Origin: Intoshia linei
Lineage: Eukaryota; Animalia; Orthonectida
NCBI GenBank assembly: GCA_001642005.1
Contig: LWCA01000098.1
Span: 1-55,780, forward strand
DNA: 55,780 nucleotides
Direction: 5' to 3'
The translations under genes were made by a program, and so were the position numbers. Shown here piece by piece: positions 1 to 12,132 of this stretch. The notes under the pieces are model-generated. The model was not told where the DNA came from, searched no databases, and saw nothing but the letters and a program-made list of their open reading frames with translations. Each line of letters opens with the position of its first letter. The stretch's first letter is position 1.

Positions 1-158
1 TTCTAAGCCAGTTTGTCTGATTTCCTATAATTTAATTCTGCATTTTAATATATTGAGTACTTATTTTGATAAAACAAGTGATAAAATGAATTAATGTTAT
101 ATTAGTGGTTTTTATCGTTACGTATTAACTAGGAAAGATCCAAATTATAATCTTACTT

Positions 159-477
159 GCATTGTCAGCAATTAAGCATAAAAAACGGGCAAAGCTGCTG
201 TCGGTAGAAGAAGAACTTCGTGTATGTCTCTCAAAAAAACGTCCAAGAATTAAAAACCTCAGTAAAAAATATCAGGCCCAAATTTCTTATTGAGAAGGAA
301 AAATAAATTTCTTTATTAAAAAATATATGTTTTCAAAATTAGAAGCGTAATTTTTTAATTAAAAATCAAATTGTTTTATATATGCGACATGTAAATTTTT
401 TTATCATGCTTTTAGGTGCCGCGATTTTTTGGAATTTCATAAGGGTTCCGCGCTATAAAAAAGGTTGAGAAACACTG
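159..477 (+). mobile_element. 3' end of a hAT (Buster/Charlie, ZBED5/FAM200-type) transposon remnant
   Basis: 159-293 translates ALSAIKHKKRAKLLSVEEELRVCLSKKRPRIKNLSKKYQAQISY*, the typical Buster-type C-terminus. It is followed by a right TIR AAGGTTGAGAAACACTG (461-477; reverse complement CAGTGTTTCTCAACCTT). Confidence 0.85.
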
Positions 478-735
478 TACTATTACATATGGAGTATAGA
501 TTTTATGCTATCAAATAAAATACAAAATTCTGTTGGAGGCTCAAAGCGTTTTTCCGGTACTGTATTGTAAAGACATTGAAATACCATTCATATTAATCAT
601 CAATATTATTTCAATATTAATTATTACGTTATCTTTTTTTTTAAATTTAATGTACAATTATAACTTACTGTCTAAATTTAAATAATATCAGTTTTATGTC
701 TTTATTATTATGTTTCCCGTCACGCATGTATATAC

Positions 736-812
736 AGTGTTATGCACTGATATACGAGCTATTGTGCAGTGATATAAACACTATTGTGCAACTATATAAA
801 TACTATTGTGTA
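736..812. repeat. Degenerate ~21-bp tandem repeat (about 3.5 copies)
   Basis: Recurring ctattgtgca.tgatata unit. Confidence 0.6.
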
Positions 813-2512
813 TTAGCGTGTCACATCAAATATTTTTTATAAGAAATTCAAAAACATACCCAATAGATAAGATAACAATCTGACGACTAATTCTTAAAAA
901 TATTTATTAATGACTCAGCGTTGATCAATTAAGTAATTAACAAAAAACAGCTAAATTGAAGTTTATTTTCATGTTTTTCTTAAATTTTTTTTACAAAAAC
1001 TTAACCCTTACGAGACTATTCATTTTTACTAAAATTTACATTACATTTTCACTTCATAAAAACTTAAATTTCACAAAATAAAAGCCAAACTATTTAATAA
1101 AATTATTTCGAAAGATTATTCAAAGTGAACAATTGAAAGTGTCACTAATAAAATACAATACTTTACGTTTTCTAGCTATAAAATTGTTCTAAAACATTAG
1201 CCTTATTTGAGACTATATAGCGAGCAAAATGATTTTTAAAAATATGCAATCTAAACAATAATTTTAGAGCCTTATTATATTTTAATTAACTAATTAATTA
1301 AATACTCGTATAAATAAATTTATATTTTGATTTTCGTATTTAAATTTAAATTATCGTCAAAATTATGTTAAGGTTACTCAGAATTAATTAATATTCAAAC
1401 ATGATGTATAATATTGCGTATCTATATTTTATACCATGGAGTATAAATTTTATCTTGGATATTTTACTTTGCACGTTTTAGGAAATTTTAAGTGCATACA
1501 TACATTTATAAAAACTTATAAATATCGTCAAATCGGTTCTTAAAAATGGCTTCAGGTTATTGAGATGCGAATTAATTATTTACATTAATTGTTAATAAAT
1601 ATTTATGTAAATTTAGAGTTAATTATTTTATTATAAAAATACTCCACTGTGTTTCAAACAAAAAGTTTAAAAAAATAGTATATAGATGTTAGTTACAATG
1701 AGCTATAATTTGTTAAAAACTTTAAAGACACAACCCAAGGTTTTTTTTAAGTTAAATTCATAAATAATAATAAAACAAATTTAAAATAACAGTACTTAAA
1801 TTGATGCTTAATTCTAGTTATATATCTAAAAACTATTTTATTAATTAATTAATCAATTAAAAAAATTAAATTTTATATCATTATGTACAGTTTAATTTTA
1901 TTAAAAATATACAACATTAATTCAATAAGGGTAAAGATGGGAAACATTTTATCTAATGCGCAAAAACTGAAATATCCCTTCATAAAGTAATATTTTATTG
2001 TTGACACTATGTAAACATTGGTAATAAAATTAATTTTGTACTCAAATTTCATGAGTAGTGCTTCCGCAATTATTCATCGATTGTTCACCAATTAATCGAA
2101 TATGATAAAGTTATGCTCTTTTATCAATTGTATTTTACAAGATTTTGATTTTGGAATTATTATATTTAAAATGGAAATACAATATAAGTTAAATTATTAA
2201 AATTTTCCCCAAGCTTTAGACTTTAAATTCATCTTTTAATGTAAAAATAATTGTCAGAGAACTAGAAAGTAATTTTATTGGTTTCTATGTTATATACCGA
2301 AATAGTTTTACGAAAATATCGTGTGTCAAAAAATGTCATAAAAAATAATATAACCTAACAACAAATGAAGTAATACTGTACAAAATAAATTTCAGTTCGA
2401 TTAATTGTTTAACGAACGAACAATTGAATAATTATTCATTGCAGAAGCGCAATTTCATGAGTAATAATTTGTTAACAATTGAAATATGTACCGCCTTATT
2501 TTTGTTTGTATA

Positions 2513-2672
2513 CAAACAATTTAAATTTATCAGTTGATTTTTTTGCATGCCGGCAAACAATTTAAATTTATCAGTTGATTTTTTTTGCATGCCGGCAAAC
2601 AATTTTAATTTATCAGTTGATTTTTTTGCATACCGGCAAACAATAGTAAATTTATGATTGTACTTTTTTGCA
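2513..2672. repeat. ~41-bp minisatellite (3 full copies plus a partial one)
   Basis: Unit caaacaatttaaatttatcagttgattttttttgcatgccgg repeated. It explains the repetitive spurious ORF 2432..2791. Confidence 0.85.
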
Positions 2673-3076
2673 TGTATACGTGTTATTGTCTCGTAAGGGT
2701 TAAATTCATGCTTCGTTTGTGTTAAAAATTTAATGTTTATATATTTCAATATATATATAATTTTGATAGGTCTAAAATTTTTCACGACCACTCCTACAAA
2801 AATGACAAAATAATACCTTAAAATTCATTTAAAAATGACCGTAAATCCCGCTACATATTATATTTTTAGAAACTTAAAAACAATTTGCAAATTTAACATG
2901 CCATTTTTGAAAAGCGACGTGTTAATTAAAAATCTACAACAAAGTATATTTACCAATACAAGCCTTTCGATTATTCCTTAAATAGTATCCTTCCTCACAT
3001 TTAATGCATTCATGTGATGACTGTTCGCATGATTCACAATTTGTAATTGCCCCGGCACATTCTAAAATTATGAAAT

Positions 3077-4354
3077 TAAGAAAATCAAAATTAAATTTTT
3101 CTTAAACATGGATCAAAGGACAGCTGATAGTTCACGAAAACCTTTCAATTTCTTAAATTTAGAGTATAAATGTAAAGTGATAAAAATTTTGTATTGAAAA
3201 TTCAATCGTTGATAAAAATCGAACTAAGACAGCTAGACTGAAAATTAAAAAACTAAGATGTATAGTTATAAACGGTGATTAACATAATACTCTGTAAACC
3301 ATGAAAATTCACTATAACACTGCTTTAAAAAAATATAAAGTTATATTTTAATTTTACTATAAGATTTGTAATGGTTTATTTAAAATGTAAAACGCACAGC
3401 GAGTAGATATCTTTGTCAAATAATATTGTATATTAATTGGTTTTATCTAAAATACACCATTTGCACGCTAACCATCCTTGATTTTTTGATGTGTGTGACA
3501 CCCTAGTGATGATATATATTCAGTAAAAATTTAATAAAAAACTTAAAAATACCAATTAGGTATCAATAATTAACCGAATATTAACTTTATAAACATATTT
3601 TACTCGAATTTTTCCAAAATTGCAAAAGATTGTAATAAATATAAAAATGATATTAACAAAGTTGTTTTAATTTNCGAGTAACCCGAGTTACAGAGTCGCC
3701 ATTGTTCAGTACCAATTTAATAAATACTTAAAAATACCAATTATGTATCAATAATTNTAAGAAAATCAAAATTAAATTTTTCTTAAACATGGATCAAAGG
3801 ACAGCTGATAGTTCACGAAAACCTTTCAATTTCTTAAATTTAGAGTATAAATGTAAAGTGATAAAAATTTTGTATTGAAAATTCAATCGTTGATAAAAAT
3901 CGAACTAAGACAGCTAGACTGAAAATTAAAAAACTAAGATGTATAGTTATAAACGGTGATTAACATAATACTCTGTAAACCATGAAAATTCACTATAACA
4001 CTGCTTTAAAAAAATATAAAGTTATATTTTAATTTTACTATAAGATTTGTAATGGTTTATTTAAAATGTAAAACGCACAGCGAGTAGATATCTTTGTCAA
4101 ATAATATTGTATATTAATTGGTTTTATCTAAAATACACCATTTGCACGCTAACCATCCTTGATTTTTTGATGTGTGTGACACCCTAGTGATGATATATAT
4201 TCAGTAAAAATTTAATAAAAAACTTAAAAATACCAATTAGGTATCAATAATTAACCGAATATTAACTTTATAAACATATTTTACTCGAATTTTTCCAAAA
4301 TTGCAAAAGATTGTAATAAATATAAAAATGATATTAACAAAGTTGTTTTAATTT
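3077..4354. repeat. 597-bp direct duplication (3077-3673 = 3758-4354) around two N positions; probable assembly artefact
   Basis: The copies look identical at offset 681 and abut the Ns at 3674 and 3757. Confidence 0.85.
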
Positions 4355-5618
4355 CGTTGTTTAGTTTCTATTTAAATTGTATTCAAAATGACATTTTGAA
4401 ATTTAAAAATTGCGTACCAATGAAAAAAATTCCGAAGGAAAGAATTATATAGATTTTCACCCATATTTCTTTATTGGAAAGGTGTATACATTCACTGCAC
4501 ATTTTTTTTGAAATTGTGGGATCAATATTTACATTTTCAATTTTTATTTTAATCGAAATATTTGAAAAATATTGGTTGATAATATATAAAAATAATTTTT
4601 CATCGAGAATGCGTAGATTTCTTGGGTTAAACTTTTGTATTTATATAAACTGGAATAAGCCCTATCAAAATAATCTTTTTTTTTTCATTTTCGGAGCGTT
4701 AATTATTTCACATTTTTTGTTTTAATAAAATATATCGAAAAAAAATATATGAATACTAAAATGTTTTTTTCACCGTGAAGTCGTCATTTATTCGGATTCC
4801 AATTTTCTGTGTGTGTTAACAGGATACAACTGTACAATCTGTAAATTTTTTGAAATTGTAGGGCTGTTTTCATTAAAAAAAAGAGTAATTTGGGGTTTTG
4901 GCCCTGAAGATATAATTTTTTTATATTTAAATTTATGGTAATGTTTATGATTTTAAAATTCGTATCAGCGTATATATTTTTTTAAATTCTCCAACTCGTT
5001 TGATTTTTAAAAAGAGGGACAACTGGGGTTTTTAACCCGTAAGATGTGGAATTAGGAGGTTTTGATTAATTCATTAATTTTTAAAATAACAATATTACCC
5101 TATCTAATTTTTAATTTTTATAACGTTATAACTTATAAGTTATAACCAACGTTCTCATAAATTTTAAATCTAATTTGAAATCAATATTTAGAATTAACGT
5201 TTTTATGCCATTAATTAATAAAATAATTAAAAAATTTTTATTTTCTTAAAAGTACTATATTCTGACAGCGCCAAATTATATTTGACAGTAAAGATATGAA
5301 TATTTTAATTTCACATATGAGTGTAAAAGATAAATACATTTTTTTATACAAAATATAAATGTGGTCGTCATCCTTTCAAAACCATCAAAGTGTCTGGTTT
5401 TTAGGGTGATTCTTAAACTATTCAATTTTTTTATTTTTTTAATGTATATATCGTCAAAATCAAAAAGAATCAGGTTACTAATTTTATAAAAATTTGTAAA
5501 TTAAAAATGTCGTTTTCACATAGAATTGCTCAGTTATAAAAGCATTAGTCTACTAAAAGTTATCAGTTATCAACTATTTGGTGGAATTTGGAGTTTAAAA
5601 AGTACATGGTATATTTAT

Positions 5619-5956
5619 TTATCTACAATAAACAAAATTACCCAAACATGATAATCGATCTATTGCTGGTGTCAACCTTTTATTACAACGTCTACAATAC
5701 GGTTCAACAGAATTACAATTAATACAATTTGAGATATTCACACTGCACCCTTTAGAAATGTGTAAATATGTTTAAATTTTAAAAAAAATGCATTACAGTG
5801 GCATATTTTTCGATCAGCAGAAGGTGTTAGCCCTTGGCCGCATTCCAGGCATATATTTCCATTAGAATTACAGATGCGACAATATTCTATGTCACATGTC
5901 GCGTTTAAATTTAGGAGTAATTGAAATTGGAATATAAGTATCGGTAAAGTTTTCAT
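5619..5956 (-). CDS. Small secreted cysteine-rich protein (furin-like/CxxC repeats); 3' end uncertain
   Basis: Exon 5956-5797 gives hydrophobic leader MKTLPILIFQFQLLLNLNA plus CDIEYCRICNSNGNICLECGQGLTPSADRKICH. After a 47-nt phase-1 intron (5796-5750) comes a second homologous unit CSVNISNCINCNSVEPYCRRCNKRLTPAIDRLSC. Confidence 0.65.
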
Positions 5957-6648
5957 TTATTTTTTATCAATGATGATGATTAATTCTTTAAATTAATTAA
6001 CATGAATAATAATTCTACAATAAGTATTAATGATAAAATAATAACTAATATAAATCAAAAGTTTGTAAAAAGGTGTCTGTTATGTTTGTAACATTTTATT
6101 TAGAAAACTAATAGTTCCAAAAATTGACTTCTTGGTTTTTTTTATGAACGGAGATATAACTTAATTATTAATTTGACATTTATTGGAATATTGCCTTTTT
6201 GGTTAGTAAAATTAAAAAATATGATATATTTACATATTGTTAATAACTTTTAAATATATGTAGAAACTTCTGCCCTCGATAGTTCTCGCTATTTTTTGTG
6301 TAAAGTACATAACAGACAAGATATTGTATGATGGAATAATTTAAGATAAAATATAATATTAGCAGCACATACCTGATGTATTGATTTAATTTTTAATTTA
6401 AAAAAAATTAATAAAGTTTCAGTATAAACATTCCAATATCTTTCGAAAAGACGCATTTATATTATTAGTGTAAATATTATAAAATTAATCTAAAAAATCT
6501 AAAAAAATGTAAGATTAATACATGCAAGGAAATAAAATTAAATAAAAATTTTACGATTAACATACAATTGTATGATACAAAATATACATTGAATATATTA
6601 GTTATCAACGGTTTTCTAATCGAAGCAAATATTAAATAAAATCAAACC

Positions 6649-7203
6649 TTAAAATAAGCAGAAAGGAGTGTGATACTCAAACATAAAACAATTAAAAATC
6701 AACGATATGGATAGAACTTTGCTAGTATCCACTGTAATATTTATGTTAAAACAATTTGCATGACATTGATACATTTTTGAATTAAAGGGTGATTTCTTCA
6801 TCGCGGAAAGGTCATTTACTACAAAATTTCTCGCGGTCAACTAAACTGAAATTACTAGACAAAATTAAATAAAATAAAATAATTTCACGTATCGGAATTT
6901 GGGAATGCCGCTCTAATACATAATATAATAATAAATCAGTAAAAAAGGAAATTGTAAAGCATACATTTAATATATACAAATGGTAAATAAATAAATTTAA
7001 ACATCAGACAACAATTTCAAACATTTTTCTTTTGAGTGTACCAGATTCATTAAATGCACCAGTGGTGTCATTATTCCAATAAACAGCTTTTTGTTGAGTA
7101 TTATTTTTAAATTGGTTGGTTAAATTGTAAAAATTTTCAAAAACATTTACTGAATTACCACATTCACCACAAGAATATTGCGATGTTATGTCATTGTTTG
7201 AAA
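6649..7203 (-). other. Possible exons of an unidentified gene
   Basis: Open stretches after TTTAG acceptors: SNNDITSQYSCGECGN...TGAFNESGTLKRKMFEIVV (from 7203) and LTARNFVV...CLF (from 6840). No family recognised and exons not joined. Confidence 0.25.
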
Positions 7204-8334
7204 CTAAAAATTAAACAAATTATCCCAGGAACTAATAAAGTCAATTATGCAATAAATTTAGTTTTACCAACCCCTAAGGAAAAATCCACTTTTACTAACT
7301 CTTAAGGGCAAATTCCACTTTTACCAAAAATGACATGCCATTTAGTTTACAAAATTATAATTTTTATAAAATGTTATTACCTTTACCCTTATTGAATTAA
7401 AAAGATGTATATTTTATTTCATTAAAGATCAAAAATATTCCACTATAAAAAATAGTAATTTGTCAAGTTTGTAACGAAAATACAAAGAACAATTTAATTA
7501 TTACTTTTCTACAGTTTTATAAATTTTCTATAATATATATTTATGGATTTTTCCGTTAAGGGTTGGTAAATTTTAATTTTCAGTAAAAATGGTTAGATTT
7601 AAGAATATTCTCTTGAAGTATCATGTAATATTTTAAATTTTTTAAAAAAAATGAATCATACATAATTATCTTAATGACTCGAATTAACTACTAAAAACTA
7701 AATTTGTAATTACCATAAGGATTTTTATTCAAATTGCTTGAATTATTTTTACTGCCACTATCTTGACCACTAAAATTTATTATTAATTTTATATTTCTAC
7801 CTTAATTTTTTGTATACATTTGTAGATTCTAATGTAACTTTAATGTACATAATGGATAAAACACGATAATATTAATGTATAGTTATTATAAGTATCAATA
7901 TTGAAATTATATGATCATTATCGAATTATATTAAGTAGTATTGAAATTAACGTTACTATATGACTACAGATTGATTTTATAGAAATATCTAATAAATATT
8001 GCATAAAAGATGATATTTATTCAATAAAGGTGAAATGTATTCAATATAAAAACAATATCTATTAACACTCGTTTCTAATGGTTACGAACGAATTTTACAA
8101 GTGTACATTTGAATTAAACATACCCTAACTTTCATGTGAAGTGCGAGTCAATAATTTAATCATGGAAACATTTATATTTTGATCAATTAAACTAAAAATT
8201 AAATTAACTTTTCAGGTTTACGTTAACAATTTTTATTTATTTTGTGATTTTAACGCTTTATCACCTCAATTTTTAAACCTCAACGCTTACCAACTGTACA
8301 CATCGAAAACAAAAATTTAAATTTAAATTACAGC

Positions 8335-9561
8335 ATGAATCAAAGTTAATATTTAAAATGGAAATACAATATAAGTTAAATTAATCGAAAGTTACTTGAA
8401 CAATTATCAAAAAAAACTAAAAATAGAAATTTTGACATAGAATTAGAAGATGTGGTTGAACTCAAAGAAGATTTTACAAGTATGTGTTATCAATTTTTTG
8501 ACTCTGACAACTCATTCTTACAACATCTTAACTTTACTAGAGATGAAATAATAATTTTACACCATGGAATAGAAGGTATGTATATTTTAAAATATTAGCG
8601 AATAAAAAATTTAATAAATATTTTAGGGGTTATGAATCAAACCGGGAAAAGAGGAAGGTCGCCTAAAATGTGCACTCTAGACTCAGTAATAATTTTTTTG
8701 TATTGGCTAAAACACGGCCATGAATTTAAATTGATCGCCAAAATATTTGGATTTACGACAAATCTAATTCAAAAGAGTATAGATCGAATGCGTTCTCCAT
8801 TTTATCAATATTTGTCGCAAAAATGGTGGAATCATAAAAAACGCCCAATAGCCATGGAAGGAAATTATCTTTATTTGGCTTTAGCTATCGATAGTACCTC
8901 ATTGAAGGTATTCAGACCACATGAAATTAAAAGTAATGCTAAGAAAATGTACGATTCTAAAAATAAAATGAATCCCATTAAAAAGGAGGTTAAAGTCATG
9001 ACAACTCCTCCTTATTATGCCCTTTTTTTTGAAAAAGGTTTTTTAGGAAGCGAGCATGATTTCTCTGCTTTTAAACGTAATTATATAAATTACCTTGATT
9101 ATTTTAAAAAATTACCATATAAAAAAATATAATTAGATATAGATTCGAGATGGGGAGTTGTTTTGGATTCAGGGTATTTGGGTAATAGTTGTGAGACTCC
9201 CGGATTGAGAAAATTTGCTATGAATCGTCCTTCACTCGTATAACTCGACGAAATACACTATCAGTCAGAATTAGCATCAAAGCGTGGATGCGTGGAAAGA
9301 TTTTTTGGGAGATTAAAAAAATTATTTTCTATTTTCTCTCAAATTTACAGATGGGATCACAGTTATTTCAATATAGATTTCGATATTTGTGTTTACACTC
9401 ATTTGGAATTAAAATTAATAACAAGGAATAAACGTGAACAAGACGAAAAATTATTGAAATCAAAAAAAGAATCAACTAATTATTCCAATAGAAAAAAAAT
9501 CAGACTGAATGATAGTGGTTGTAGTTCTAGTACAAGTTGTACCTCATATTCCATTACATAA
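8335..9561 (+). pseudogene. Degenerate PIF/Harbinger-ISL2EU-type DDE transposase
   Basis: HTH region KRGRSPK...FLYWLKHG...IAKIFG and catalytic motifs AIDST, GSEHD, VLDSGYLG and VERFFGRLK all lie in one frame, with in-frame TAA at 9130 and 9241. A 51-nt intron (8576-8626) joins an upstream open segment. The start region is disrupted. Confidence 0.85.
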
Positions 9562-12132
9562 ATCCTAATGATAATTTTTAGGAAAACTATATGTATAATA
9601 ATTGTAATATTATTGTATACGTATGAATTAAATATAGCTTAAAAGAATTATTTAAATACGTCTCATGTTATTAATATGTAGTTTCATATTAGATAAGTTG
9701 TATAAATTGTTTTATTTTAAAATGGAGTTTTTGTAAAAGTGAAAGGCTCTACTAACAATGACTGATTAACAATAACTTGCTATTTTGTCTCACATATCCA
9801 CTTTCCGTATTTAATCGCAATCTTATGTTAAACTTGTAGATAGAGTATATCTTCTCGAATAAATTATCAAATCATTACAATACACGGTCAACGATGAATT
9901 TCTAAAATGATCTTACGCTAACCTTTAATTTATTTTCAATATTTAACTCACTACGGGTAAACTTGTCATTTAAAAAATCTTAACATTTCGATTTCATATA
10001 TACTAAAGCCTATTATTTTTCTGATTAATTTTACAAATAATAAATGTCTAAATGTTAAATAATAAAATTACTAATTTTTCAATTCATAATAGTATTTTTA
10101 ATATTTGCGATCAGCTGTCTACAGCCAGCACATTATTGCTGGTGCCACCCCAGTTTATTCTATATCTAATTTTGATTAAAATTCAATTCGATACCGATGA
10201 TGATAATTCAATATTGCTATATACATTTCAATATTACTCGATTTTATTCAATATTGAAGTGTTAATTAAATATATGTTTAATTAAATCACTATAATTTAA
10301 TATTATTGTGTTTTATCCATTATACTAATATAATAATATTTTAAATCAATGCATAATTAATAAATTTAAAATGACTAAAATTTAATCATTTAATCATTGC
10401 TTAATTTAAAAGCAAATCATGCAGTCATAAGCTTGACTTTATCATAATATTAAATTCGTTAATATGAATTATTTTGAACTATGGGGATTTCATTGTTAAT
10501 TCCTTGGTGCATATCAAATTAATTATCTAAACGTTTTTGATAGGCTATCAGATATGTAATCAACAAATTTATTCTACAATTTTTTTTTTATTAATATGTT
10601 CGTGACATGTAGACCTGAACCTACTAAGCTCGAGGCCACCCACAAAATTAAAAATAGGTCCGTAAAAAAATTGTAGTGGCATATAACCCTTGCAACCTCT
10701 CTAATCCTCTTGGCTTGAGAAACAATAATATGATTTAAATCCTGTTTATAATTAATTTTTATCTAACCCAGGAACCATAACCCACAACGACAATTGATAA
10801 TGTAGCTCAACCATAAATTACGATTATAAATTTATTATATTTATCAATTTACCTGCAACAATGGTAATCTTGTTTATCTAAATATATACATAAACATCTA
10901 AATTGTATGAAAATACATAATTGAATTCATTGAGCTGTCAAATTCAAAATTTTAAACATAATCACGCATAATAGATTTAATTTGATTTTTTAACCAAGAA
11001 AATGTATAGTTTAACCGTAAAACTATAAACTTTAAAATATAACGTAAACTTGAATTATAAAATAAATTTTTACATTAACTCAATTGGCAGTAAGTACAGT
11101 GAAAATTTTGAATTCAATTAATAAAAATGTATTCTAATAGATTACAATATTTTAATTAATAAAAACCTATAGATTTGTGTTTTCTGATGCATAGATAAAT
11201 TAGTATAGTGATTAATATTATGACAATAATGCAACAAATACATCCGACACTTATAATAATATTGCTGGATATTTTAATGTTATCTTGTACTGATTGAGCT
11301 AAATTTAAATTTTGAATTTTAATGTCAACTACAAATAGTCAAAATAGAATGGAAAATTTAAAAATAATATAAACCCTAAATATACTTTCACATGATATAT
11401 ATAAAAAGTAAAGTGAAAATCAAACATGTACAACGACAAAATATAAAATAAACGTACATAAAATATCAAGGTTTTGAAAATCCATAATTTCATAAAATAA
11501 AAAATGTATCCATTAACTAAATCGTTACAACAATTCACTACAAATTGAAGAAATGTTAAACATAATACATACATTATATTTACATAGGTTGTATTATATT
11601 ACACATATTGTACATATATATTTTAATTGTTTTAATTTTATATAAATGAATTAAAATAAACAAAATTATTATTAAAACATAAAAATTGTAAAATTGTGAA
11701 TAGAAAGAAAGACTAATCGTTATACAAAAATATTTTAATTGTTATCAACTCAAAATTACACATGAAACAAAACTATTGCATAAAGTCTTTATTAAAGACG
11801 CAATTTAGCAACCAAAATCAACTTAGTGCTGGTAAATTATTTTAATCAATACATGACAATATAAAATACAATATTAAGTATATTTAGAAATCTCTGCGGC
11901 GAGATTTTAAATTTTATATTATGTATAATTAAAAATTACTGTTCAATATATAAATGTATAATTTATAGAATTTTTTATTTCTGTAATTTTGATTTAAATG
12001 TATATTTTATAATCAATAAATTAAAAAAATGTGTTAAGTACAAATTCAGCATAACATTACATGTATAATATACATTGTATATAATTAATTAATACATGTC
12101 TTAATTAAAATGAATGTTCAATAAAATAAAAC

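Noticed and set aside
2513-2672. CRISPR-like repeat array
   Set aside because: Head-to-tail tandem units without unique spacers, eukaryotic context, no cas genes.
4474-4725. Short F/I/L/K/N-rich ORFs (also 2432, 10052, 11329, 14241, 14896, 25488, 25591, 27447, 29920, 35564, 36594, 49421)
   Set aside because: Expected by chance in AT-rich DNA; several lie inside MITEs or repeats.
7006-7203. Resemblance of TGAFNESGTLKRKMFEIV to a glutamate-receptor N-terminal domain motif
   Set aside because: A single short motif with no other receptor domains nearby.
9130-9243. In-frame TAA codons in the transposase as evidence of a ciliate-like genetic code
   Set aside because: TAA terminates conserved genes at the expected place (RPIA, KRI1, NEDD8) and no conserved exon contains an internal TAA.
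10761-10878. Candidate transmembrane exons (INKITIVA|ATLSIVVVGYGSW) for the IgSF gene
   Set aside because: Phase does not match the preceding exon without an unidentified intermediate exon, so they were left out of the model.
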